This document shows, one piece after another, positions 10,682 to 20,994 of a DNA stretch of 64,000 nt. Below the pieces are notes generated by a model. That model had not been told where the DNA came from, did no database searches, and worked only from the letters and a program-made list of their open reading frames with translations. Position 1 is the first letter of the stretch, and each line of letters begins with the position of its first letter. The position numbers and the translations under genes are program-made. The stretch is from Setoptus koraiensis (Eukaryota > Animalia > Arthropoda), in the NCBI GenBank assembly GCA_048013815.1, contig CM106585.1, forward strand, positions 22,816,001 through 22,880,000, given 5' to 3'.

Positions 10682-10959
10682 TGCCTATAAACTGGAATTT
10701 GACACTTACATCTATGATTATCTACTCAGCATCGATGAATAAGACATTCTAGATGATAAAATCGGATTTAGTGCACTGGAAGCTAGAGGCTTAGGAGCTA
10801 GAAGATTGTAGAACAGAGGAAGCTACTCAGAATAACTTTTGCTTCTTAGCACTGTTAATGCTATCAGTAGAGATTCGACTTCGACGATTTTCATTTTGTT
10901 CTCTGTGTTAAAGTATCTGAACGTTAACAATGTTATCCCTATGGAGATTCGATTTATCC

Positions 10960-11470
10960 CTACGGGATTGGAAAATTCGAATTTATGGTAAGAGTTTCAG
11001 CTGCTCGTTCAAAGTTTGTGATTCAGTGTTCGATGTTCGATGGCCACATTTTGAACTTCGAAATTTAAGATTGAAAATTCGAATTTCCGATACGAGTTCC
11101 AGGTGCTCGTTCGATGGTCAGTGTTCGATGGTCGGAGTTCGATGGTCACATTTCGAAGTTCGCTGGTAACAATTCGAAGTTCGAGGATTGAAAATTCGAA
11201 TTTCTGACACGAGCTCCAGGTGCTCGTACAGAGTTCGATGGTCACAATTCAGAGTTTGGTGGTAACAATTCGAACTTCGATGGTCACATTTCGAACTTCA
11301 AAATTCGGAATTGAAAATTCGAATTTCTGATGATAGTGTCTGCTCGTTCGATTTTCGATGGTCAGTGTTCGACGATCAGAGTTGGGTGGTGGGAATTCGA
11401 ACTTCGAAATTGAGATTCGAATTTCTGATTAGAATTTCAGCTGCTCGTTCACAGCTCGTTGGTCAGTGTT
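10960..11470 (+). repeat. Degenerate TTCGAA/TTCGATGGTCAC satellite within family A
   Basis: Repeated GAAAATTCGAATTTC and TTCGATGGTCAC units; also at ~560-630 and ~19,335-19,450. Confidence 0.75.
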
Positions 11471-12028
11471 CTTAGTTCGATTGTCTCAAACACAGATCGT
11501 GTATGGCATAGTGTTAGCTATCCCTAGAAAGTTTCAAGAATTTATCCTCGTGAGAACAGTTTCAAAAATCGCACATAATGTAGAGACACATGTTCCTCAA
11601 AATGGCATATAGCGCCAATACTAGAAACAGAAAATTGATGACTGTCTCGAAAACGGCCTATTGATGGCTGATCATGCTTGCACAGAATGTTGCGAGCAAC
11701 ATGCACAACACACACACACAGAGTATCATCAAAACGGATATGTGGGAACATGTTCAGATATCACGATATCCACATGACATCCGTCATCCGAAATTTCTTT
11801 CTGTCTCGAAAATGGCCTGTTGATGGCTCTTCTTCCTTTTCAATATCAAAACCAGCCGTGCTCGCACGAGCTCGTTTTCTGGTCACTATACTAAAGCCGC
11901 CCTTTTCAATCACGCTAGCACCAGCTGGTTTGGTTTGTTGTTCCGCTCCTTCAACGATACTTGCCCACACCAAAAATTAAGCGCTCGAAATACTGATTTA
12001 ATCAGTATTACTTGTAAATTGAACATTT

Positions 12029-12878
12029 GGTTGTTCTAGCGATTGGGTCCCCAACCGGATCTTGATGAAACTTCCGGTATAGGTCAATCTCGACCTGATC
12101 AAGACGAAAAAAGTGGTCCGGAAGCCAGGAAAATTCTGGTTCCGGTTTGACACAAAGTTGTAGCTATAGCTCTGAAACTAACCAGAAATACGCTATGGAT
12201 GACGCTCATAACGATAACATATTTTTCCGCTCTATCCGACTTCCTGTTTCTTAGATAGAGCGATATATTAACAATTAGAAGACCGGAAGTTGCAAAATTC
12301 ATGCTTCGCAGCGTCCAAGGATGAATCTGCGATTGTTCTGAGAACTCGGCCTGCGGCTTTGTATTCTGGAGGCCGTCACATCTCCGTCGTCGCTCCCGCG
12401 ACGACTGCGTGCGACGGAAACCCTTCGGGTAGGGTTGATGAGCGCTTCGGGTATCGGGCTGCGCCCTCTAGCCTCCGCTCACATGACTGCAATCCATCCA
12501 CAGATGAAGGGGGGGGGGGAATAAAAAATAAGGATGCGACAAGAGAACAACTGAATTACAAGCTAATACATGGTGTTGCACAATCTGTGCACAGTATGCG
12601 CCCGCTTACCGCACCCGCACAGGCCAGGCCACACCTCAAATTTCAGTTGAACCTTGATATCTAGCAAACCGGAAGTGATACCGGATTGATTTTGATTCCA
12701 TCGTGCTCCGCTGAAGGTCGTCTACCTGATTCTCAATTTTCAGAGCTCTTGTTTCAGCTTTATGTGAAACCGGAACCAGAAGTTTCCGCACTTCCGGACC
12801 ACTTAATCCATGATGTGGTACCCCTGCGGGGCCTGTGTGTCAAGTTTCGTGATGATCGGCGCTGGGACCTAATCGCAA
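12029..12878. mobile_element. Family B copy 2 (last ~8 nt of the right end missing)
   Basis: GGTTGTTCTAGCGATTGGGTCCC left end; core 12,345-12,495; right arm ends CTAATCGCAA and runs directly into RT sequence. Confidence 0.85.
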
Positions 12879-12879
12879 T

Positions 12880-13275
12880 GATGGGCTTGGCAATTCAAAG
12901 CCATGCTCTTCGGCTCATCCAACTCTGGCGCCTCTTTCCAACGTTTAATGGACGCCATTTTAAGTGGTCTAAAAAATGAAGCACTAATGGTCTTTATTGA
13001 CGATGTATGCCTCGCATCATCAACATGGAGCGACCACATCGCGTCATTGAAGGCAGTATTCGGGAGAATCCGAGCATCGAACCTAAGATTACAACCAACC
13101 AAATGTATTCTCGGCGCAACGGCCATTACATTTCTCGGGCACCATATATCCAAAAACGGCATCCAGCCAGACATATAAAAAGTAAAGGCAATTAAAGCCT
13201 TGCCGCGACCACGAAACATAACACAAACACGCTGCTTCCTTGGAAAAGCATCTTATCACAGACGCTTTCTACCAG
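12880..13275 (+). pseudogene. Ty3/gypsy reverse transcriptase fragment
   Basis: MLFGSSNSGASFQRLMDAIL...LMVFIDDVCLAS...FLGHHISKNGIQPD, then in a shifted frame KVKAIKALPRPRNITQTRCFLGKASYHRRF. Confidence 0.9.
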
Positions 13276-13291
13276 CGTTTGCAGAATTGTC

Positions 13292-14239
13292 GGTTGTTCT
13301 TTCGAATAGCGCCACACTTATATCGGGGTATTTTGTGTATTTTTGGTATTTTTGGTAGCGTATGGTACCCTGATATCGCGATGGGTATTCCGGAAGTGCG
13401 GAAATTCTTCGTTCCCGAGATAACCGAGGTACCGCACAGTGGGCGTTTTGAGACACCCGAAGACCGCTAGCGGTTTCCACTGCTTTTTTTGAAGAAAATT
13501 TTGTTCCAGCAATGTACAATCGAGCTTTCTCAACTCAAAAATCGTATACCGGAAGTTTGAAAATGAACCCGAGGTGCGATACTAGGTTTTACCCGGGTAT
13601 CTCGGGTATCCGAGTATGTAACAGGCTACGCGAGGGTGATGATCACAACCGAATGAGTGCGGCATGACCGTCGCGGGTAGCACGGGGTACCCGGGGTGCC
13701 CAGGTTACCCATGCTCACCCATATCCAATATATAATAGCCCTTCCGTCTGCCATGCAGCCTGGGCCCGGACCGGAGGAGGGGTTAGGCCTCCAGTCGTCC
13801 ACGCCTACGGCCTGCTGCCTCCGGCGGGACGACTGACGGCCACCTAACTAAAAATGATTCTTCCCGAGGACTGGGAGTCGATTGGGCGGGGCCCGCGATT
13901 GAGCCGGGTTTAATTCATGAATGCGTGTCACCCTGCTCTGGGTGTAAGATTTTGGCTCTGAACAGACCCAGACAGGCCTAGATTCGCCCATACATGCAAT
14001 TTTCCTGAATATCTCGAGAACCGGAAGTTGTAGAGATTCGAAAATGATGTCATTGGGGTAATCGTAGTCTGATATAGTAACATACCGAGTTTCAAGACTG
14101 TATCTCAAGGATGAAGCTTAAACCGGAACCCGAAGTTTCCGCACTTCCGGACTACTTAGAGCATTGTCAAGGGGTCCTACGGGCCCTGTGTGTGAAGTTT
14201 CATCCAAATCAAAGTGTGGCGCTATTCGAAAGAACACCC
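13292..14239. mobile_element. Family B-related element (B2) with module C interior
   Basis: TIRs GGTTGTTCTTTCGAATAGCGCCACACTT / AAGTGTGGCGCTATTCGAAAGAACACCC; no matching TSD; interior matches ~20,290-20,990. Confidence 0.8.
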
Positions 14240-14927
14240 AATATTTCAGCAATGTCATCTCGAACAAGATCATACCCACGCTGAAAACTGACTTGGATGC
14301 AGTTTGTTCTTTGATCAATACATTCCAGGAAAGAATGATTGTTAACACAGATAGGGACGGGGAGATCGCTGAATATAATCGTAGGCGTCTCACCGTTGAC
14401 TACCGATGGATAGTGGGAACGGCCGAGAGACCTTTCAGGCCGATTGGTATCGATTACGAATCCCGTATCAACATAGGAGAGTACATTGGATTCCCCAGGA
14501 TGACACTTCAAAACATATACTCCATAACTTTAAGTAGATATGCCATTAAAACTGGTCATGAATATATCGAGAGCACCTTTTTCGAAGATCAGAGAGAAGA
14601 TGACTTCATTTTCATTGCCGAGTCGACAGATGACTATCAGATACTGATGCAGTCCAGCATTTAGCCTACATAAGATTCAAGGAAGATGCAGCATTTTCCG
14701 CAGATATCGAGTATTATTGTGATTGTGAGAGTGGAGGCAGAAAAGTTGGTTCATGCTGCCATGTATCTGAAGTGCTGCTCTTCTTTTCAGGCGCTTACGA
14801 AGAGAAGAACCGTCGCAGATTCATACAGCACATTATATCTGCGAAATCTCTCATGGCAGCACCAAGTCAGGAAGACGAAGATGATAACCAAATCGAGGAT
14901 GACGATGCACCAGACGACAAAGAATAA
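14240..14927 (+). pseudogene. ISL2EU-like (PIF/Harbinger-related) transposase C-terminal fragment with SWIM finger
   Basis: FPRMTLQNIYSITLSRYAIKTGHEYIE...LMQS, then after a frameshift HLAYIRF...IEYYCDCESGGRKVGSCCHVSEVLLF (CxC...CxH SWIM pattern) and an acidic tail to TAA 14,927. Confidence 0.7.
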
Positions 14928-15225
14928 TCATTATCAATAAACATAAATTTACCCAGCATATTGGGTGTGAGGAGCAAATGACGTATTTTGAACTAAAAAG
15001 GCTACGCTGCCTTCCACAGTGCATTTTCTCGAATGCACTGTGGACGCTACGCAAGCACAGAGTGTGCACAAGCACACAGTGCGCATGCAGCCTCTGCTTG
15101 AGTGAGTAACAATCTATATCTCTTGAGATGTTGTTATTTGGAGAGTTAATCACGACTGATCTCTTGAGATCAGCCGTGCGTTTATTTATTACATTTATTT
15201 ATTACTAATTACACTGTTTAAGCAT

Positions 15226-15415
15226 GGCGCTCACTTGTCGCGCCTGGCCGTGCTGTATGGTGTCTACAGCACAGCCTTGGCGCGGCAAGTGCGCGCCTTA
15301 CATCGTGTGATGATAACACCGTGGTGTATTGGCCGTGGCGCGCACTAATCGCGCCTGGCCGTGCTCTATGGTGTTATCGGCACCATGCACGGCCGTAGCG
15401 CGGCGAGTGCGCGCC
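15226..15415. repeat. Two tandem GC-rich long hairpins (GG...CC ended), flanked by the 8-bp direct repeat TTAAGCAT
   Basis: Unit 1 at 15,226-15,297 and unit 2 at 15,337-15,415 are each self-complementary (GGCGC(T/G)CACT...AGTGCGCGCC); TTAAGCAT at 15,218-15,225 and 15,416-15,423. Confidence 0.75.
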
Positions 15416-15554
15416 TTAAGCATTAGTGCTTTCTTGGAGCGCTACAAGTGTGTGTTGTGTGTGAGGGGAGTGTGTGTGCGGGGAGTGCGGTGTGTGCGGT
15501 GTGTGCGGTACGCGAGGAGTGCGGTTCGCGGGTAGTGTGGGTACTTACATTTGG

Positions 15555-15709
15555 TGAATATTACATATTATTGTTAATTGTTGAAACAAGATTTTATTGA
15601 TGAATATTACATATTATTGTTAATTGTTGAAACAAGATTTCATTGATGAATATTACATATTATTGTTAATTGTTGAAACAAGATTTTATTGATGAATATT
15701 ACATATTAT
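15555..15709. repeat. 46-bp tandem repeat x3.4; each full unit carries AATAAA on the minus strand
   Basis: TGAATATTACATATTATTGTTAATTGTTGAAACAAGATTTTATTGA starting at 15,555, 15,601, 15,647 and 15,693; abuts the stop codon of ORF 15,706-16,584. Confidence 0.9.
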
Positions 15710-16584
15710 CGGGAGCACAGCCAAGTGACGTTGACATTTTCTTTAATATAGCAGCCGATCTTCCTGTAGGAGAGCAATTTGTCAATTTTTCTAGAATCTT
15801 CGGTATGAAATGGCCAGTCACTCTTAAGTGGTCGAGACAAAATATCGTTTGATTCATTGATTAGACAGTAATGTTCAAGTTCTTCGGAAACAAATTGAAC
15901 ATTCAAACAGTCGAAATTTTTCGATATAGATTCTGGCCAAGCGAAAAATGTATCGTGCATCCACCATGGTCGATTGGGTTCTTCCTCCAAACCTTCAAAG
16001 TATTGATGAAGTGAATCATGAGTGTGATTGATATTATAAAGTACCGAGTTGAAGTATTGACCGAAATCCTGATCAACAAACTCTTTATCCTCTTCTGGAT
16101 TCATGCGGTAAACAAGTCTTGGATTAGTTATTGGTAACAGTTCTTCGTTCAAGAAGTACTTGACTGCCACATGCGCCCGCATATCCCTAATTGTAACGAA
16201 GAATGGTTTTGTAGTGTTGTATTCATCGACGTTCAGAAAGGGTTTCCAAGGACTTGAGGACGTGTATGGATCGAGTGCAACCTGTATGTCCTCCGCCACC
16301 AACTCTTCAATCCAATCGAATAGCATTTGTTCAAGTGCTGGAAGAACAATCATGTCGATGGCAAGGTGAACTATCATGGAAACAGCATTTGAAGATGCTG
16401 CTGTCCTCAGTCCAATTTTTGTTAATCTCCATATAGTCTTGATTGGGTATTTCTTTAGCAAGACTTTGAGATTAAGCTTGTCTGTATACATCTTTATCGA
16501 TTGGTATTTTGATAAGACTCTGGATTTATCTATCACCGACTTAAGACCAGTATCTATTTCGCTTCTAGCTAAGTCATATTTCAT
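15706..16584 (-). CDS. Unknown 292-aa protein (possibly the C-terminal part of a longer frameshifted ORF)
   Basis: Long open frame with protein-like composition; ATGA overlap with the upstream ORF; no family recognised. Confidence 0.6.
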   Translation of the reverse strand: MKYDLARSEIDTGLKSVIDKSRVLSKYQSIKMYTDKLNLKVLLKKYPIKTIWRLTKIGLRTAASSNAVSMIVHLAIDMIVLPALEQMLFDWIEELVAEDIQVALDPYTSSSPWKPFLNVDEYNTTKPFFVTIRDMRAHVAVKYFLNEELLPITNPRLVYRMNPEEDKEFVDQDFGQYFNSVLYNINHTHDSLHQYFEGLEEEPNRPWWMHDTFFAWPESISKNFDCLNVQFVSEELEHYCLINESNDILSRPLKSDWPFHTEDSRKIDKLLSYRKIGCYIKENVNVTWLCSR

Positions 16585-17087
16585 GTACGGAGCAGTTGTC
16601 TGAACACATGTTCGTTTCTGACATACCAGTTAGCCTGTTCTCGAAACCACTTGTATACTGCGCTGCCTTTTTCCGTCTTTTGATATTCGAGGAGGAGACC
16701 CGTTCCTCCCGATGGACCCCACATTCTATCGCCGAGCGAGTCAGTAAGTGTCTGAGTTAACGTGATGAGAGGCACGACAGCAGCGGTTGCGAGTCGACTG
16801 CCAAAGCTAGTTTTAGACATTGGCGACTTCTTTGACCCCTTAGAAAGCTCTTGCTCCTTCGACTGGGCACCCTTAGAAGCCGGACATTTACTTTGCTTTG
16901 GACACCTTTGGCATCTACGACATTTCTTGCAATTCTTACATTTCTTCGGCTCTTTTGCAGGTTCAGTGCGATTGAGCGGACAAGAATCTTCTTCTGGATC
17001 TATTTCCTTAATTATTTCACCAGTTTCTTCAATAAGTACAACATACGGAGGCTTATTTGTAATCTCCAACAGCTCCTCATCAGTCAT
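16581..17087 (-). CDS. Unknown 168-aa protein with CxxCxxCxxCxxC cluster
   Basis: KKCKNCKKCRRCQRCPKQSKC; in the same frame as the upstream transposase, separated by a single TAA at 17,130-17,132. Confidence 0.55.
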   Translation of the reverse strand: MTDEELLEITNKPPYVVLIEETGEIIKEIDPEEDSCPLNRTEPAKEPKKCKNCKKCRRCQRCPKQSKCPASKGAQSKEQELSKGSKKSPMSKTSFGSRLATAAVVPLITLTQTLTDSLGDRMWGPSGGTGLLLEYQKTEKGSAVYKWFREQANWYVRNEHVFRQLLRT

Positions 17088-17129
17088 ATTCCATGGGGTG
17101 AAACGTTCAGTAGTATCTTCGGTACCAAG

Positions 17130-18443
17130 TTAAAGTTCGGTAGTGTTCTGGGCATCTCGTTTGACACGAGGCTTTTTTTCTGCTGGCGGTTGATCGTCAG
17201 GGACCGGGCGCAGTTCGCTCGGGAGATTGTCCAGTGAATCCGAGCATCTAGGGCAGGTTCCCCCACACTGGCACAAGTCCTCCACCACGGTACCATCCGG
17301 GTCTGATATTCGGAGATTTTCGAAGTCAAGAGCGAATTGATTATCGGGATCTAGCTGTGCGGCTACATCTGGATTCAAAAATGCGTATGTATCCCCGGAA
17401 GTGATGCGATTTTCTCTTGCATGAGAAGTGACTTCGCCCTTGAGATCTACGACTGCCTTCAGTCTCCCATGGAATTCAGCCGTACAAGCTTTGTTGAAAG
17501 ACATTTGCGGCATATTTCGGAACTCTTTTTCGATTGTACTGATTAGACGAGACATATTGCGCCTGTAGGAGATGCCATGCTTGTAGACTAACTGCTTCAG
17601 TTGCCCCCAGAGGAAGAAATCGAGAGGATTTAAGTCTGGTGAATGTGGTGGCCATTCCATGAAAGATGATCCAATTCCAATCCATCTCGAATCCGTCCTC
17701 ATATTCAAATAGTTAACTGTTTTGAGTGCCGAGTGTGGTTTAGCACCATCTTGCATGAAAATTCTTCTTTTGTTTCTGAATTCTTCGATGACTTCGTCTG
17801 TAAAGAAGTTTTCATGCAGCATTTTGATGTAATTGTCTGCATTTATGTTCTCATCAAAGAAGAAAGGTCCTGCCGTGAAATTGAAGCCTAGGAACATGAA
17901 TAGCCATCTTTTTTTCGGCATGTAGTTCCTTCTCCACAATGTGATGTGGATTTTGCGCCGCATAGTAAACTGTATTTTGTCTGTTGACATGACCTCCTGA
18001 TGTAAACCAGGCCTCATCAGAGAAGATTAATCGTTGATAAAACGAGTGGTTCGCGTGTGGTGCATGCTCGAGGATATCCTCTGCAAACGCAATGCGCTTT
18101 TCCTAAGCCTCGTAGAGATGTGGGAGAATTCGATGATGATACAGTCTATATTTGAGATGGCATTTGAGTATCTTGGACACCGTCCAGGTACTCAAATTGA
18201 CTTCCGGTACTATGGTTCGCAAACTTGTGGGCTCAGTGCCATTTTTGCAAGCTTCTCTGACTTTTTCAATAAGTTCAGGAGTGATTCTAGTGCTTGCTTC
18301 ACGAACACCTCCTCTCGGAGCCAGTACGCTGCCGTACTTAAAGAAGTTATCCTTCCAACCCTTGACAACACTACTCCTCTTCGGGAAGGTACCTTTCTCG
18401 AAAGTTTTGTTGTGGTACATACTTTAAAGTATGCACCAATCAT
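17130..18443 (-). pseudogene. Tc1/mariner-superfamily rosa/DD41D-like transposase (one stop, at least one frameshift)
   Basis: HTH region (FFKYGSV...TPELIEKVRE...SLRTIVPEVNLSTWTVSKIL), TAG at 18,103, then FSDEAWFTSGGHVNRQN. A frameshift falls in the A-run near 17,907, followed by GPFFFD...FMQDGAKPH...EWPPHSPDLNPLDFFLWG with 42 residues between the 2nd and 3rd Asp, and a ~100-aa C-terminal extension. Confidence 0.85.
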
Positions 18444-18456
18444 AATTGCATTTGAT

Positions 18457-19450
18457 ACAAGTGATACTGATTCCGTCAGTATCTCGAGCGCTTAATTTTT
18501 TGGATAGACGAGTATCGTTGGAATATGGATGCGAGTTTGTGACACCATGTCAGAGATGAACATCTATGCCTGTCAGATCAGAGTAGTCGGTCAACATATG
18601 TATCACGTTGTGATAGGAATTTGAAGAATTTGTATTTATTATGTCATCTTTTCGGCTACTCTGATTCGACAGGCATAGATCTTCAACTCCGACATGTTAT
18701 CACATACTCGCATCTATATTTGAACGATACTGGATCGCTATGATGCATCCGAATTTTCATGCACTGTTTTATTTTCGAAAATCAGCCATAGTTTCCAAGT
18801 TTGTCAAGATAAAATTGCCAATTTTCGCACACTAGATAGCCATAGTTAGACTATTCGACAGTGCGAATTTGGTGGCTTTCGAATGAATTTTTCAATCTTC
18901 TTTTCTTGCACGCTCAAAGCTGAGATGCTAACTAGATGAATTTAGCACAGTAGAAGGCTAGCTGTATACAATTCGGATTTAGTACACTGGAAGCTAGAGG
19001 TGATGGAACTAGGAGATTGTAGAACAGTAGATACTATTCAGGATAACTACTGCTTCTCAGCACTGTAAATGCTGATGTGGCTGAAACTAAACGAGTGTAG
19101 CACAGTGATGAATTCAGCACAGCAAAAGGCTAGCTGTCTACAATTCTGATTTAGTGCACGGGAAGCTAGATGCTTTGTAGCTAAGAGATTACAGTTGTTC
19201 CCTGTGTTAAAGTATCTAAACGTTAACAATGTTAACTCTATGGGAATTTGACTTTGACGATTTTGACAATTTTCTTTTGTTCTCTGTGTTAAAGTATCTA
19301 AACGTTAACAATGTTAACTCTATGGAGATTTGACAGAGTTCGATGGTCACAATTCGAAGTTCGGTGGTCACATTTCGAACTTCGAAATTAGAAATTGAAA
19401 ATTCGAATTTCCGATACGAGTTCCAGGTGCTTGTACAGAGTTCGATGGTC
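18457..19450. mobile_element. Family A: reverse 3' portion (18,457-~18,900) joined to a forward internal fragment (~18,905-19,450)
   Basis: Reverse 3' end with subTIR at 18,487-18,499; the forward part matches ~4960-5260 and the 60-bp/TTCGAA satellites. Confidence 0.7.
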
Positions 19451-19452
19451 AC

Positions 19453-20146
19453 ATGACGTTCCAGATGACGATTAACACAATGACATAAGTTTCAGCTCTT
19501 GACCACTTCCGGTTCTCTGGTTATAGCGATATCCCAAGAGTTGAGAGACCGGAAGTTGCCAAATTCATGCTTCGCTACACTCAGGAATGAGCCTGCAATT
19601 GTTCTTAGAACTCAGCCTTCGGCCTCGTAATGTGGAGGCCGTCACATCTCCGTCGTCGCTCCCGCGACGACTGCGTGCGACGGGAACCCTTCGGGTAGGG
19701 TTGATGAGCGCTTCGGGTATCGGGCTGCGCCCTCTACCCTCCGCTCACATGGCTGCAATCCACCCACAAATGAAGGGGGGAATAAAAGATCAGGATGAGA
19801 CAAGTAGGAACAACTGAATTACATGCTAATACATGGTGTTGCGCAGTCTGTGCACAGTATGGGCCCGCTCACCGCAACCGCACAGGCCAGGCCACACCTC
19901 TAATTTCAGTTGAACCTTGATATCTAGCAAACCGGAAGTGATACCGGATTGATTTAGATTCCATCGTGCTCCGCTGAAGGTCGTCTATCCGATTCTCAAT
20001 TTTCAGAGCTCTAGCTTTAACTTTATGTAAAACCGGAACCATAAGTTTCCGCACTTCCGGACCTAATCCATGATGTGGGGCCCCTGCGGGGCCTGTGTGT
20101 CAAGTTTCGTGATGATCGGCGCTGGTACCTAATCGCAAGAACACCC
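19453..20146. mobile_element. Family B copy 3 (left arm truncated)
   Basis: Core 19,611-19,761; right end CTAATCGCAAGAACACCC; near-identical to 27,130-27,826. Confidence 0.85.
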
Positions 20147-20149
20147 GAA

Positions 20150-20992
20150 AGCTAGTCTGCAGAGGCATCATCCCTTTCGGACGCCGCAAATAATTGTGTT
20201 CTACGCCCTGGCACGGACCATTTTAGCTCGATCTCGGGGTCTCTTTTTCACCACTAAAAGTACCCATATCGGGTCACAATCAGTTGTTCTACCCAGAAAT
20301 ACCCATGCCACCCCAAAAAAATGCCCCGAAAAACGCTCGCGGTCGTCGGGTATTGAGAAACGCCCACTAAGCGGGACCTCGGTTATCTCGGGAACGAGGA
20401 ATTTCCGCGGTTGTTCCATCGAACAGCGACCACGCCTAATTTGGGTATTTTGGGTATTCTTGGGTAGGGTATTGAGCCCTGATAACCGAACGGGTATTCC
20501 GGAAGTGCGGAAATTCTTCGTTACCGAGATACCCGAGGTACCGCATACTGGGTATTTTAGGGTATTTGAGGGCATATTGACGGTATAATTGGCCGTACCC
20601 TCCCGCACGGACATTGGGTAGGGTACTAACGTCTTCATACCGAGGGTAGATTGTACCTAGAAGCTCCAGGTAGAAAATAAAAGCGGTCAAACTTAAGAGG
20701 CGTGACCAATGCGCACGGCACGAATTGAAACCGCGCACAATCAATGAAGGGATATACCCACAAACTTTTGGGATTTTACCACCGGAAAAGAGTACCACCC
20801 CAGGCGAAGCCTGACGTCGTAGCCTCGGCCAGGAATCCTACTAATAAAGGTTCAGGGCCAGGGTTCAATGCAGTACAATAACCCTTCCGTCTGCAATGCA
20901 TCTTGGGCCCGGGCCGGAGGAGGGGTTCGGCCTCCAGTCGTCCACGCCTACGGCCTGCGGCCTCCAGCGGGACGACTGACGGCCACCAAACT
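20150..20992 (+). repeat. Module C repeat ending in a hairpin cassette
   Basis: GGGTAT-rich body shared with 13,320-13,700 and 6530-6755; terminal cassette 20,903-20,992 shared with 13,764-13,848. Confidence 0.7.
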
Positions 20993-20994
20993 AA

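Larger units (their letters stand above)
8953..12015 (+). mobile_element. Family A HINE-like element, complete long copy (~3.1 kb) carrying a pogo-type transposase fragment
   Basis: 5' AGCGCTTAATTTTAATTAAG at 8953; internal blocks match 4721-5700; 3' subTIR 11,973-11,985 with hairpin and ACTTGT. Confidence 0.8.

Noticed and set aside
10960-11470. TTCGAA array as heat-shock elements
   Set aside because: Spacing mostly does not fit alternating nGAAn pentamers; it is a family-A internal satellite.
15555-15709. 46-bp repeats as a CRISPR-like array
   Set aside because: Head-to-tail tandem units with no spacers, in a eukaryotic context with no cas genes.
1696-18443. Reassigned genetic code (TAA/TAG read as Gln) suggested by isolated in-frame stops in several cargo ORFs
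   Set aside because: The same ORFs also carry frameshifts, host and pogo ORFs use standard stops, and single-base nonsense decay explains the pattern.
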